64,000 nucleotides of DNA from a virus (lineage: Duplodnaviria; Caudoviricetes), in the IMG/VR virus record IMGVR_UViG_3300032038_000076, positions 845 to 64,844 of that record; one strand, 5' to 3'. Shown piece after piece: positions 1 to 14,557 of the stretch (position 1 is the first letter of the stretch; every line of letters begins with the position of its first letter). A program made the translations under genes and the position numbers. The notes below the pieces were generated by a model. That model saw only the letters and a list, made by a program, of their open reading frames with translations. It ran no database searches and was not told the origin of the DNA.

Positions 1-2
1 CA

Positions 3-3000
3 TTGATAGAAGATCTTAAAACTTTACAAGACTCTCAAATAATTACTAAAGAAAAATTTGAGTAGTTAAAAAAGGCTTTTGATGACGCGAATCAGGTTGG
101 AGCGTCTCAAGATCAAGTTATAAATTTTTATGAAAAATTAGATGCTGCATTAGAAGAATTGAGACCAAAATTAGATCCAGCTACTTTTGAAAAACTTTCT
201 GCGGCATTACATGGAGATTTTTCGCAGGCTGCAGATGAAGCGACTGAAAAAGTACGAACATTATCAGAAACTTTTTCAGATGCAATGGATCGAATGTTTA
301 ATGCTCAAAAATTAAAAACTTTTACTGATACGGTTGGAGCACTTGGTCGTATTGGTTCTGGAATTTCACAACTTAAAAATTTAGGTGGAATTTGGAATAA
401 AGAAGATGTCTCTATAGGAGATAAAATATTACAAACTTTAACAAGTGTTGGATTTGCTTTGCCGATGGTTGTTTCAGGAATAAAAAATCTTGGGGCAGCA
501 TTAAGTCTAACAGGAAAAACTTTATCAGCTTTTAATGGTATTGCAATTGCTTTTACCGCTATCACTACTGTTATTGGTTTTGTAAATTCTGCCTTAAAAT
601 AGCATCAAGAAAATTTAAGAAAATAGAAAGAGTAGGCTATTGAAACTCAAAATAAATTACAATAGCAAATTGTTAAACAAGAATAGTTATGTAAATCCTT
701 AGATGATTTAAATGAAAAAACTCAAAGTGGATAGTTAAGTAGAGCTGATTTAAGATCTGAAATAGATGAATTAGTTAAATCTTATGATATTGAAGATGAA
801 CGAATTAAACAATTAAAAGGAACTTATGAAGAGACGACAAAAGCTATTCGTTAGATGCGTGAATAGGCCTTAACATCTAAAGAAGAGTCAACAGCAACTG
901 AATTGGAAAATGCTCGTGGATTAGTTTGGAATAAAAATAAAAATGTTGGTGTTGGAACAGCAGAATGGCGAGACTATACTAATGGTAAATATAATTTAAC
1001 TTTATCTGAAAGTGCTCAATATGATGATCAAAATATTAGACAAACAATGATGTCTATATTGAAAAATAGTAGTCTTTATACTCAAATTGCTGGTGAAGAA
1101 TTTGATCCTAATGCTGAAGATCCTTACGCTTCTTTTTCGCAAATTGCTTTATCCACTGAAGATTCTGTAGAAGGTTTTATTAGTCTTTATGAAGAGCTAT
1201 TAAGAATACAAGAATAGGCTAGTAAACAATTAGGAGATAATGTTGAAAATTCACAATCGTTTCAATTAATTACAGATTGGTTAAATGGAATGTCTTAGGC
1301 TTATGATCAATATACTAAAGCTATAGAAGATCATAAGACTGCAGTTGCTCAATTATAGGCATTTAATTTATAGAATTAGTTTAAAAATATTAAATCTTAT
1401 ACAGATTATATTGAAGCTAAAAATAAATTAATTCAAAGTATGAAAAAGTCTGGAGATTACGGATAGGGTGAATCTCTTGATATGGAATCTTTATTGGCTG
1501 ATGCTGACAAAATAATGTCTGATATGTATTCAGATGTATTGGATAAATATTCTTTAATTGATCAAATAAAAAATAAATTTTCTGAGAGTTTTGGTGATTT
1601 GATGCCAATTGAAGCGATTCAAACCTTAGAAAATATGTCTATTGAACAGTTAGAAGAAGCTTTATCTTTAAAAAATACTTCTGTTATAAAGTCTTGGGAA
1701 GATTTTATAAAAATATTACAATAGACAGAAGAAGCTGCTGATGGTGTGGCGGCCGCAACAGAAGGGGCAAAAAAAGCTGGCGAAATTGTTCCTAAAGTTA
1801 CTCCAGAATAGATGCGTCAACAAGCTATTGATCAATATAAAAATTATACTTCTGTTGAAGATAAAGTTAGAAAAGGTTAGAATATTTCAGATGAACAATT
1901 CAGCTTATTAGATGCATAGGTTCAGCAAATGTTTGCAGATACAGCTGATGGTATGCATAAATTTATTGGTGATGCTGAAATATTTTATGAAAAAATCAAT
2001 AGTTTAAAGGTTGATGGTTTTGAAAATGCTATAAAATTTGTTCAAGACGAAATTGATAAATTATCTCAATATCAAAATCGTCAAAAATTTGATTATCAAA
2101 CATTAAACCAAGAAGCTTCAAGATCAGTAAAAGACACAAATGGTGTTGCTGTTAATTTAAATGAATTGATGGCTGCTCAACTTGATTATATAAAAACTTT
2201 TGGCAATGCATCCACTCAACAAATGGATATTTGGGAAAAGAATTTGGATGCATTAATGTCTGGTCAGCTTTTTGGTCAACCATTGCAAGATTTTGCTACT
2301 TAGTTAGCTAGTACCGTTAGCAATATAGGAATAGTTGATGTTGAAGGGCAATTAGCTACATTAAATCAACTTCTTCCTGGCTTATCTAATCAGTTAGCAG
2401 ATGCTAGTAAAGGTCCAAATGGATTATCCGCAGATTAGATTAGACAAAATGCTGCAGATGAATATAATAAGTATCAAGGTCTTATTGATGCTACTAAAGA
2501 TGGCGGAACTATTTCAGAATAGCTGTTTAATAGTTTAAATGAAGGCATCCAAGGATTCTTTGAAGTTGCTGGCGTTGGTATTTATAAATTAAAGGATAAT
2601 GCATAGGGATTTGAATAGGCAGTTAATAAAATAAGTTTAGATTCTTTACGTAAAGGGATTGAAGATTTAGAAACAGCAAAAGCTTCTGCCTAGAGTAATT
2701 TTAATAGAGGTAATTAGCTAAGAGATAGAGGTACTTATATTAATCAAGATACTTCTGCCGCAGATTTTGCTAAATATTCTAAGGATTATGATCTTTTAAA
2801 GAAACAAGCTGATTTTATAAGTAAAATGAATCCAGATGACGCTGACATTCAAAAACAAGTTGAAGGTTGGAAATAGATAATAGAAGCCGCGGAAAAAGCT
2901 GGTAGCGGAATTAAAAAGTCTATTTTAAATTAGATAATGTCTGGATTAGATAATGCTATTGCTCAAACTTCACTTTGGGGAAATGAATAGTAGGCTAAAT

Positions 3001-6000
3001 TAGCTACTATGAAATAGGAATTAGCTGTTTTACAGCAAATGGCTATTGAAGAAGCAAATAATAAAAAAATTGCAGAGGCTCAAAATCAAAAAGATTAGGC
3101 AATTAATCAAATACATAATTATGATGATGTTCAAAATGCTATACAAGGTGGAGAAACTATTACTGAAGATCAGTTTAATATGCTTCCAGATGCAGTAAAG
3201 GCTTATTTTGAAAATACTGGAGATTTTACATATGCAATAAAAGATGGTATGGAAGCTGTTGCTTCAGCAGTAGTAGACAGCGCTCGTCAATATGCCTTTG
3301 AACCAGCTCTGGCTACAATAGGAGATTAGCTTTATAAATTTGATCAATTAAAGGCTAATAATTTTGATTATTAGAATGTTCAAAAACAAAGTGACACTGA
3401 TCAATATGGTCAAATAAATAAAGATAATCTTGAATTAAAATTACAATATTTAGATGCTCTCGGTTTAGAAGATCAAAAAGTTCAAGATATTATTAATAAA
3501 GGCCGTGAGATGATTGAAAATGGCAAGGCTGATCATTAGGTTATACAAGATATTAATAAATTATATAATGAGCAAGGCGATCAAACTGAACAATTAACAG
3601 AAAGGCATAAAGAATTAAGTGAAATCCAATTAGGAATGCTAGAAGCTCAATAGGCATTAAATTAGCAAAATTCTTTTACTCTTGATTCAGATATTAAAGT
3701 TGATTAGTTAGAAGATCTTACTGAATATTTAATGGATTTTGCTAAATAGCTTGAAGATATTCCAGATTACTTAGAAGAAAACGAAGAAGCTGCGAGAGAT
3801 TATGCTCAATCTATTTTAAGATTTGATGATGCAATTAAAGATACTGTAAAAAATTATGATAAATGGTCTAAAGCTTTAGATAGTGGAAGTATTCAAGAGC
3901 AAGCTGAAGCAGTCGCCGAATTAAAAGATACTTATGCTGATTTATTAGACATTAGTGAAGAAAGTCTTACTCCAGAGTTTTTATCTGATCCACAAAATTT
4001 AGAAAATTTAAGAGCGGTTACTGAAGGAGCTGAAAATGCAGAGGAAGCATACCTTGCTTTACAAATGGCTGCGGCAGACGCTATTTTAATGGACGTAGAT
4101 ATGGATGCTTCCGGTTTTTATAATGAATTGGATGCATTAACTACTCAATATTTAGGTCAATCAATTGGTGAATTAACAGCAGATGCTAATTTAAATGATG
4201 ATCAGTTTTTAGCAGCATTAAGTAATTTATTATCTCAACTTGGTATTGGTGCGACTCAGGCTCGAGAGCTAATGAAAAATTTTGGTATGAATGTCAAAAT
4301 TAAAGAAGCTTAGCCAAAAACCCAACAAGTCTCAACGTCCGCACAATATTGGGTGCCTGCAACTTATGAAGTAGAACCTATGGATGTTAGTGGCTAGGAA
4401 AAACAAGGAACTTATTATGCTTTAAAAAAGGTTAGAGATGGTTATTGGGTTCCTAGAACTGAAACTCATACTGAATTAGTTGCACCTGGTGCTGGTGCGA
4501 TTTAGGTAGAAAATGCAGGGGTAACTGCTGGTGGTGATGTTAAATATGAAAACGCCACAAATGGTGGCGGTTCTGCCGGTGCAGCTCGTCGTGCTCCGTC
4601 TGGAGGTGGCGGAGGAGGCCGCGGTGGCGGAGGAGGCCGCGGTGGCGGAGGAGGAAAAAAAGGAGGCGGCGGAAAAGGCAAAAAAGGCAGCGGTTCTTCT
4701 AAAGAAAAAGAAAAATAGAAAGAAAAATAGAAAAAAGAAAAACATGAAGATTAGGTTGATATTTATCATGACGTAAATAAAGAACTTAGTAATATAGAAC
4801 GAGCTTTAGGACGCCTTCAAAAGAAACAGGATAAATTATGGGGTAAGCAATTACTTAATAATTTAAATAAACAATCCGCCTTACTTGAACAACATAAACA
4901 AAAGCTTCAAGAAAAACTTGCTTTACAGCAAAAAGACCTTGCTAATAAACGTAAAGATCTTGAATTACTTGGTGCTACATTTGATGAATATGGTAATATT
5001 TCTAACTATGTTGAACTTGTTAGTAAGAAACAATAGATCTTAAATAAATTAATTGATAAATATAATAAACTTGTTGAAAAATATAATAAAGCAACAAGTG
5101 AAAAAAAGAAAAAAGATCTTGAAGAACGTATTTAGAAGTTTGAAAAAGAAATTAAAGATGCTGAAAAATAGCTTGACGACTTAGAAGATAAGGTTAAAGA
5201 CTATGATTCTCTTCAAGAAGATATGGCAGATGTTCAAGATCAAATTGAAGATGATATTCAACAACAAATTTAGATCAATATAAAGAAGTTTAGAATGTCC
5301 ATTGAGATTCGTCTTGAGATGGGCTAGGCTGAACGTGATTGGAATAAATTTGTGCGAGAAGTTATGCATCATACCGATGTTATTAAAGATTCTCCATTCG
5401 ATAAAATTTTCCAAGATGCTAAACAGCAATTAGATGATGTAATGTCTTACTTTGATGTTCATGGTGCGGGAAGCACTTTAACTGCACTTGTAAATCAAAT
5501 GTATGCAACTAAAGATCAGATTGAACAAATTAATGCTACTGGGTGGTCTAGCATTTATGGTGATAATAATGGAACTGCTATGTAGGATCTTCAAAGTGAT
5601 CTTGATACATTAATGTCTCAAATGTAGGATATTGAATCCTTATTGGATAATATTGATCAAGCCTATCTTGATACTATAGATGATGTGCAGGATAATTTTG
5701 ATAAGCAAATAGATGACTATGAATATGTTACAGATTTAATTGAACATGATATTGATTTATTAGAACTTTTATATGGTGAAAAGAATTATAATGCTATGAA
5801 TGAGTATTATACAACCTTAGAAAGAAATCAAACTAATCAATTAGATGCATTGCGGAAGCAGGCAGAGTTCTGGAAAAAGCAATGGTAGGGAGCTGCCGCG
5901 GCAGGAGATTCTGAAGCTGCAAAGAAATTTGAAGAAAATTATAGATAGGCACTTAATAATTTAAATTCTGTTATTGAAGAAGCTGCACAAACCATTCAAA

Positions 6001-7763
6001 ATAAATATATTAATGTTATTGATAGAATTTTTGATACATTAGATAAAAAAATTTCCAATGGTCTTGGAACAGGTTATTTAGATATGTAGTGGTAGTTAAT
6101 GAATAAAAATGCTGAAACATATTTAGATACTGTTAATGCTGCTTTTGCAATTCAAGAATTACAAATAAAATATAATAAAGCTATTAACGATACTAAATCT
6201 ATTAAAAATCAACAGACATTAAAAGAATTAATGGATGAACAGTTAGAGAATTTAAGAAATAAGGAAAAGATATCTCAATATGATGTCGATAGAGCAGAAA
6301 AATTATTACAAATTGAACAAGCTAGAATTGCTTTAGAAGATGCCCAATCTAGTAAAACTTCTTTAAGATTAAAACGAGATTCTCAAGGTAATTATTCTTA
6401 TCAATATGTTTCTGACGCGGATAAGGCGTTATAGGCTCAATAGAAATTAAATGAAGCACAAAATGATTTATATAATTTTGATAAATAGGCTTATAAATCT
6501 AATTTAGATGAAATGCTTGCCATGTGGGAAGAATTTCAAGAAAAATATAGATAGATTGTTCTTGACACTTCTTTAACAGAAGAATAGAGAATTAGGGATT
6601 TAGCTTTATTAAGAGAAGAATATGGAGAAAAAATAAATGCTCTTACAGAAAAAAATTCCATTATAAGACAAAATCTTCTTAGTTCTACTTTTGATAATAT
6701 TAATAATTTATATCAGCAAGATGTGGCTAATTATCAACAAATGTCCGATGAATAGAAGAATATTTTAATGGGTGATTTAATTCCTATGTGGACTAGCGGC
6801 ATTCAGAAAATGGCTGATAAAGTGGCTAAATAGGGTGGATTTATTCCAATGTGTAAAGAAGCTTTTGAATAGGTCTATAACGCAACAAGAAAATATAAAG
6901 AAGAATTAAATGATATGGCTCGGGTTGCGGGCATTAGTTTAATGGATGTTAGATCTGGTGTAGATGAATTATCTATGTCTTTCCAAAATCTTATTATAGA
7001 TAATAATGAATTAATAAGTTGTATGTTCCAAGAAATAAGTGCAATTCAAGAGCTACGAATGGAAGCATAGGCTTTAGTAATGCAATATCAAAATGTTTAT
7101 TAGTCTGCACTACAAGCGGCATCTGCAATTCATGAGTTTATTCAGGCTCAACGGGCGCAAGCTGCTGCACAAGCCGAAATGGTAGCCGCTGTACAAGCGC
7201 AAGCACAACAAGCTCAACAACAAGCTGCTTCATCTTCTTCAAGCGGAGGCGGGAAAAATAAGAATAAAGGCGATCTTTGGGTTAAAAATGCTGATTCTAT
7301 AACTCTTGAAGATGGAACTTAGGTTATAACAGAACCTAATAAATGGTATAATTTAAACACTGGTTAGCAAGAAAATCCTCCAAAAAATAAAAATAAAAAT
7401 AATAAGAAAAATAAGAGTTCTAAATTCGATACTGGTGGATATACTGGAGATTGGCATTCTTCTGAAGGCAAATTCGCTGTGCTTCATGAAAAAGAATTAG
7501 TATTAAATCAATCAGATACTAAAAATCTTTTAAATTCTGTTTCAATTTTAAGAGATCTTGCTAATAATGCTCAAATTAATATAGCTTCTAAATTAGGAGA
7601 TTTAGGATCATTTGGTAATTCTATTTTTGAAAATAAAGATACAATAGAACAAAATGTGCAAATTTCTGCAACATTCCCGAATGTTAATAGTAAACAATAG
7701 ATTGAAGATGCTTTTAATGATTTAATTAATCTCGCCGCACAACGTGCAATGAGAAATAGATAA
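3..7763 (+). CDS. Tape measure protein (5'-truncated by window edge, >2580 aa, many in-frame TAG read-throughs)
   Basis: Track ORFs at 159, 903, 1482, 1929, 4065, 5352, 5643, 6099 and 7479 share one frame separated only by TAG; first TAA at 7761. Helical/coiled-coil composition; C-terminal FDTGGYTG...VLHEKELVLN motif typical of TMP ends. Confidence 0.85.
4605..4655 (+). repeat. 18-nt tandem repeat (ggtggcggaggaggccgc) encoding a Gly/Arg-rich linker in the TMP
   Basis: Two full and one partial copy; GC-rich patch in AT-rich DNA. Confidence 0.9.
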
Positions 7764-7771
7764 ATATAAAT

Positions 7772-7806
7772 AAAAAGAGAGAAGTATTGATTTACTTCTC
7801 TCTTTT
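7772..7806 (+). terminator. Rho-independent terminator after TMP
   Basis: aaaagagagaagta-ttgatt-tacttctctctttt hairpin. Confidence 0.8.
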
Positions 7807-7820
7807 GTTAAGGAGAAAAA

Positions 7821-7982
7821 ATGGATAGGAATGAAAAAAAGATGATTGAATATAAATGGAAAACTGGAACATATGGATTAAATGATATGATTAAATTAGT
7901 AAAAAAAGGAATTTTAAATTAGGCAGAATTTTTTTATATTACAAGATATAATTTTCAGGGAGTAAATAATAAGCAAGGTTAA
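7821..7982 (+). CDS. XkdX-like small tail-associated protein (53 aa, 1 TAG)
   Basis: AAGGAG RBS; MDRNEKKMIEYKWKTGTYGLNDMIKLVKKGILN*AEFFYITRY resembles the XkdX family. Confidence 0.6.
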
Positions 7983-7989
7983 ATTAGAT

Positions 7990-8018
7990 TTGAAAATTTA
8001 AAAATTTTATGTTATTAT
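7990..8018 (+). promoter_or_regulatory. sigma70/sigmaA-like promoter
   Basis: TTGAAA-17 nt-TATTAT with extended -10 TG, upstream of the 8049 gene. Confidence 0.55.
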
Positions 8019-8048
8019 ATAATAAGGAAATACAAGGAGGATTCATTG

Positions 8049-11000
8049 ATGAGCGTAAGTGAAAAAGTCCTTGATGCTATTGAATTATTAGCTGCAAATT
8101 CAGTTGAAAAAGCTGGATATGATAGAACAATTCAAGCTCAGATTTTATCATGTTAGGATGCTACTATTGGAAAATATAGATGTCGATATCAAGATGCTAT
8201 ATTTTATGCGTATTCTAATTCAACGGATATTAGTTATTCTGCTCGTTCTTATGTTTATATATTAATTCCAGGAAATGATATGAGTAGATAGAAAACCATT
8301 CTTGGTACTACTAAAAAATTAGGAATTAATTATATATCTGCCGCTTAGGGGAAATAGGCTTATAATATTATAGGTTCTAATGGAGTTGTGTCTAATGATA
8401 TTTATTATTTAGATACTAATTTAAATACTTATTCATATGTTATATATGATAGTGATAGAGATCAAAATACAATTGATATAGATGTAGATTCATTAGAAAG
8501 ATATATAAAATAGTCTTCTTCTTTAATTGCAGGAGCCACGTTTAAAACAAATATTCCATCAAATCATCAATCAAATGGTCATTATGGAATTACTTTTTAT
8601 TTAGAGTTTATAGATAACACTTCTTCAAATAAAAATGTTATTCGATCATATACTATTGATTAGGATAATATGGTGGATAATCCTTATAGATTGATTTATC
8701 CAACAGAGCAATACCAAATATTTGATATTGATGGAGTGAATTTTGTTAAATTAAAATCAATTTAGATTTTTTGTGAATAGTTTCCAGAGTCCGAAGGAAC
8801 AAGTGAATAGTTATTAACTTTTGGAGATATTTAGATTTCTGAATTGGAAATTTTTGGAGCAAATAGATTAACTGAAGAATAGTTGAATGGTGTTGCTATA
8901 ACATTTTTTACTCCATAGGGGAATTTTTTCCCACAAGGAAGTGGATCAAATACTTATAGAGATATAATTGCTCAAGTTAGAGTTAAAGGAAAATTAGTAT
9001 CAAGTGATCAGAATCTTTCATTTTATTGGGGAAGTGAAAATGTTGGTATTTTATCTAGCAGTGAAAATTATAATAAATATTTAGGGCGTGGTTGGTAGTG
9101 TCTAAATGATAAAAATATTGTAGCACCAGCAACTTTGACGACAGATCCTGTAATTGAATGGATACCTAGTACGGATACATATAGATTAAAATTTAATGAA
9201 GCGACTGCAAAAAATAATAGATTTAAAGTTGCAGTTATTTATGATGAAAATGTTATTACTAGAGAAATAAATATTCAAAATTTAGCAAAAAACGTTCCTT
9301 CTTTATCTATTGTTTCTAATAGTGGAATTAAATTTTATCATGATATTGGACATCCTACTTTAACTTGTTTGGTAAATGGACAAGAAAAATTAAATTATAC
9401 TTATGCGTGGGCAAAAGAAGATAATACAAGTAATTTTGTTCAATTACAAACAACAACAGAAGAAAATGATGCATATAATCAAGCTATTGCGGATTTCTCT
9501 GTATTACAACAAGCAATTGAAAATGGAACCAAATTTCAAAATAAAGAAAGTGAAGAGTTAGCAAGATTAACTTCTTTAATTAATAGTTTTAATTTCATTA
9601 CAAGAGTAGAAGGAAATAAACTTTATGATGTACAAATTAGAGATATTACAAATTTTGCTAATTTTAAATGTTCTGTATATAATGAAAATAATGTTTATTT
9701 AGGAACAACTTCTATTACTTTAATTAATTCTTTACAAACTGAAGATTTATATTCGTTAGTAATTAATAATGGAACTGTTGGGTTTAAATATAATGAAAAT
9801 GGTATTGCACCAAATAATAAAAGTTTAGATATGCCTCAAATTATTAAAAGTTTATCTTTTACTATTTATGATAATTTAGGCAATGCTATAGATAATGATA
9901 TAGTAACAAGATCAGCTGATTGTAAAATTCGATGGGCTTTTCCATTAAAAGATACATTATTAATAGATAGCGAAAATAATGGGGTTCCAAGTATAGAATC
10001 GACAGGAGAGTATTCATATTTTGATAACATACCTACATTAATGTATAATATTGCAACTAGGTATGATATAAAAAAACAAAATAATGAAATTAAATTAAAT
10101 GTAAAATTTAAAGGGTATACTTTAACTGCAGTTACTAATTTTACTTTTACTAAAGACGGAGATCCTGGAACAAATGGAACATAGTTTATTTTAAAAATCG
10201 TTCCTAGAACAAAAATGTCAAATCCACCATTATATCCAATGATTACAAAAGTAAATAATGGTGGGTATTATTTAAATTATGGAATAGATTCTACTGCAAC
10301 TGAGATGGAAATCAGTGCAAATAGTGAATATAGATTTTTTAATGCTGAACTATATCGAGATGGAGAATTAGTTTGGAATAGTACTGGAACTAATATTTAG
10401 AATGTTCAAACCACAATTGTTTGGAGTGTTTTAGCAAATAAATATAATAAAGATTATTCTGATAGTTCTGCTTTTATAGTCTCTAATGCTTCATCTGGTA
10501 GAATAAAATATACAGGAGATTATTTACAATCTGCTTTTACAACGCCTTTAGCAAATATTATAAAATGTAGTGTAGTATATAATGGAAAAACTTATTATGC
10601 TACAATGCCTATTATAACTGCATGGGTTTATAATGATAATTATAGAATAGCTTTAAAAGAATATACAGGATTTAGGTATGTAATTTATACATCAGATGGA
10701 GTATTACCTTCATATGATAATTCTCATCCTTTTGAATTTATTTGTAAAGAAAAAATTAATAATTTTGAAGAAGATATTTCTTTAATTAATAATGGGACTC
10801 ACAGAATTCAATATACAGCATCAGTTATTGGAAATATAAAATCAACATTTGATGGAACAGCTAGTAATAGTAATAATTTAACAATATTAACTAGTACGAG
10901 TGCTAGAAAAGGATTGACTAAAAACCAATTTCTTTTAAAACCTTCTGATAGATATAATGGTGAATGTGTAAATAATGCCTTACTTTGTGAATTTAAAAGA

Positions 11001-12566
11001 GAACAAGACAATGTTATTATAGGAAAAATTAACATTCCTATTCATCTTTTGTTAAATAAATTTGGGTTAGATAATATTAATGTTTGGGATGGCAATAGTA
11101 TTCAAATCAACCAAGATGGTGGATATATATTATCTCCTCAAATGGGCGCGGGCACTAAAGATAATAATAATAGATTTACTGGTGTCTTAATGGGATAGGT
11201 TAAAATTCCAGGAAAACAAGACTCTGATAAAGGATTATTAGGGTATCATCAGGGTGAAAGATCTTTCTTTTTAAGTAGTACAAATGGCTCTGGAATTTTT
11301 GGTAAAGCAGGTAAAGGACAAATTATTGTAGACCCAACTCAAAATCAGGCGTTATTATATAGTGGGAATTTTTGGACAACCTATAATACTTCGACTGGAT
11401 TACCGGCGTCATATGGCACTTCTAATTATAAAGAAGAAGGTTTATTAATTGATTTAACTACTCCTCAGATTATTTTTGGTAATGGAAATTTTAAAGTTGA
11501 TTCAAATGGACACTTGACCGCAAAAGGCGGTGGAACAATAGCTAAATGGAAAATTTTAGACGATCATTTAACTAGTGATACTAATAGTATTACTTTACAT
11601 TCAAATGGGACATTATATTCTGGATCTCATTCTGCTTTGGCAAATACTAGTAATGGTTTCTATATAGGATCAGATGGATTATCAATTGGTAGTAAATTTA
11701 AAGTTACAGCCACTGGAGAATTAGCTATTGGAAATGGAGCTACTGCTGGAAATTCTAAACATTGGAAAATAAATGGTGATAGTTCTAGATCATATATAGC
11801 TTATGGGGATAGTTCAAATGATACTTCTTTTGTTGCAGCAAATTCAAAAACAACTAATAAGAATCAAGTATATATAGGTACTGATGGAATTTCATTAGGA
11901 AGAAGATTTTCAGTTAGCGCAGCAGGAAATTTAATAGCTTATACAGGAAATATAGGTAGTTGGACTATTCAACCTGGCTCAATAACTTATAATACAACTG
12001 ATACATTTAATGGTAGTTCTGGAATTTATTTTGGGACTGGTGGTATTCGTTTAGGATCTGCTTTTAGTGTTACTGCAGGTGGAGTATTGAAATGTTCTGG
12101 GGCGACAGTTTCTGGTACACTATCTTCTAATGGTGGGACATTTACTAATATTACTGCATCTGGTGGGACATTTACAAGTATTACTGCAAATGGTGGCAAT
12201 TTTAATAATATTACTGCTTATGGGACTATATCTTCTACTGGAGGAACGTTTACTAATATTAGTGCGACTGGAGGAACATTTAGTAATATTTATGCAAGCG
12301 GCGGAACATTTAGTAATATAAATGCAAGTGGCGGAACATTTAGTAATATAAATGCTTCTGGAGCTACTATTAATTATTTATATTATGGAGGCAGTTATGT
12401 TTCTTGGCAAGCTATTAATGTTTTAACTGGAATTACAGCAGAAAAAGTGGCTGTAGCTTATGGCAATGGTTCTGTTAATGTAGTACAAAAATTACATCGA
12501 ACTTATACGACAATAACTTTTTTATGTCCTTCTTATAATTCTTGGTCTGATTATGATTATTCTTAA
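8049..12566 (+). CDS. Large tail/baseplate-hub-like protein (1505 aa, TAG read-through)
   Basis: GGAGG RBS; track ORFs 9135, 10215, 10605 and 11514 in one frame joined by TAG; beta-rich C-terminus with GWTI-like motifs; follows TMP. Confidence 0.7.
12132..12362 (+). repeat. 10-aa repeat GGTF(S/T)NI(N/T/Y/S)AS, about 7 copies
   Basis: Direct translation; near-identical 30-nt units at 12300-12360. Confidence 0.9.
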
Positions 12567-12584
12567 TATATAGGAGAAAAATAT

Positions 12585-12800
12585 ATGGATAAAGATTTTA
12601 ATTTAGTATGTGATGATTTGAAGATAAAACTTACAAATCTTATAAACGAAAGTGAATTACCTGTTGCGGCAACTTATTATATTTTAAAAGATATTTTTCA
12701 TAATGTAGAAAACTTTTATATTGGATATCTTAATGAGAAAAAAATAAAATAGGCAGCTGAACAACAGAAAAAAGATAAAGAAGATGAAGAAGAAGATTAA
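12585..12800 (+). CDS. Small acidic-tailed hypothetical protein (71 aa, 1 TAG)
   Basis: AGGAG RBS, ATG 12585, TAA 12798. Confidence 0.7.
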
Positions 12801-12813
12801 AAATATTTTTTAA

Positions 12814-12857
12814 AAAATAAAGGCTAATTATAAATATTATAATTAGCCTTTATTTTT
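12814..12857. terminator. Bidirectional terminator between convergent genes
   Basis: aataaaggctaattata-aatat-tataattagcctttatt hairpin with A/T tails on both sides. Confidence 0.8.
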
Positions 12858-13563
12858 ATTTTAAAGTCCAGAATCTTTTACCAATCCAACCTTTTTCATT
12901 TTTATATTCATTTAAAGAATGTTTATATTTTCCACTTTTAATAAATTTACTCCCTGCATCATATACAATAATATCATCATCAGTAATCTAACCAACAATT
13001 ACAACATGATGCCATCCTCTCCAAGTTGCGGGATTATTTTTATCAATCTAATTAGTAAAGAAATGAATAATATCTCCAACTTGTAAGTCTTTTTTACGTT
13101 TAATTGTTTCACCGCCAATTTTAACATATGTTAAACAACTTTTAATTTTCCCTTTAGGTAACAATCCTGCTTTATATAAGAAACTATTTATACCAAAGTT
13201 GCAACATGTTGTTTTATCTTTTTCTTTACATAATTTATCAATGCGGCCAGAGTTACATTTTCCCCTAGCCCCATTTATGTAGAATGGATTGCCGCCGCCC
13301 CATCTGTAATATGAAATTCCATTATTATAATCAAATCCATAAATTGACATTAGCCCCCAGACATATTCACTTACCTATTGAAATTCTTCAATAGTAGTAA
13401 CATGAGCATTTCCATCTGCATATTTTTTAAAAACGCCACCAAGCGACTTGATATATTTTTTATATCCACCAAACTATTTTAATTTTTTTTCATAATTACG
13501 ATTATTAAAATCATTTTTATGAGCTTCAATAATTTCTTTAGTTTCTTTAGAAAATTGTTTCAT
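12856..13563 (-). CDS. NlpC/P60-CHAP-like cell-wall hydrolase, putative endolysin (235 aa, 3 TAG)
   Basis: TTCCNFG (Cys), LQVGDIIHF, GWHHVVIV (His) and YDAG motifs; frame continuous through TAG. Confidence 0.6.
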
Positions 13564-13571
13564 CTTTTTTA

Positions 13572-14060
13572 TCACTCCCAATTAATCTAATTGTCAAATT
13601 TTTCCCAATAGGCATCAAATATACAAATAGCATCTGCCTAATCATCATTTACTTTTATATTATATTTATCCTATACATATTTAATGTCTTGCATTTTAAG
13701 CGGGTCTCTTTTTATACCTGGTCCCTGTTTTATTTTAAGCGCTGCCCGCCACGTTACAGCATTAATATATTCCTACTCAATAGAAGGATTAGCTTCATGC
13801 GCGGCGATGATAATTGCACCTTGCAACCACATTAATATTTTATTAGTGTGTGAATTATATTCTGGTCTAACCTACTATATAATAATTTTATCTATTTTAT
13901 TTTCTTTAATCAGCTTAGATATCTATTCCCGCATTTTTATTATTCTTTTAACTGTATCTTTTGATGCGGCAGTTATGCAACCATGCTTTTTAAGCTTACC
14001 ATTCTATCCTATTGCATATCCAGTTGAATGAGTTGAAGCATCTATTGATAATATTTTCAT
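13572..14060 (-). CDS. ruvC: RuvC-like Holliday junction resolvase (162 aa, 8 TAG)
   Basis: ILSIDASTHSTG ... DKIII**VRPE ... VTWRAAL ... NDD*ADAICI; not in the ORF track because of TAGs. Confidence 0.8.
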
Positions 14061-14245
14061 AATTTTCATCTCCTTTTCGAGGCCATTATAACAAAAATTT
14101 TTAAAAATATCAAGTCAAATTATTGGTCAAGGATTTATAATTTATTACAATAAATTTTGAAATATAGAGTAAGGATAATTTAATATTATTCTCATATACG
14201 CGTATAAGTTAGTTATTAAAGACGTCTCTCGGAGGTAGTAATTTT

Positions 14246-14545
14246 ATGGCAAATTACAATAATCCAAATATTGGTACATTGCAACAGCCTAATTTAATAG
14301 GTCAACAGCCGCAAATGCCAAGAGATATGATGCGTGATCCGCGGTAGGGTAGAAGCCCAATGCGCCGCCGCATGTATATGGAAGGTAAGGAAATGCATAA
14401 AGATACTAATTCTCAATTAAAAGAATTAGAGGCTTACTTACAAGAATTATCTAGTGATATTACTGAAATGATTAAGGATGCGTCTCCAGAAGAAAGGGCA
14501 ACGTTACATCAGAAGATGACAACGTTGGCTAATAAGATCGTTTAA
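14246..14545 (+). CDS. Conserved phage hypothetical protein (99 aa, 1 TAG)
   Basis: GGAGG RBS; MRDPR*GRSPMRRRMYME joins track ORF 14360. Confidence 0.75.
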
Positions 14546-14557
14546 AACTAAATAACA

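Noticed and set aside
4476-4776. Alternative-frame ORFs over the Gly-rich TMP linker
   Set aside because: By-products of a GC-rich repeat within the long TMP frame.
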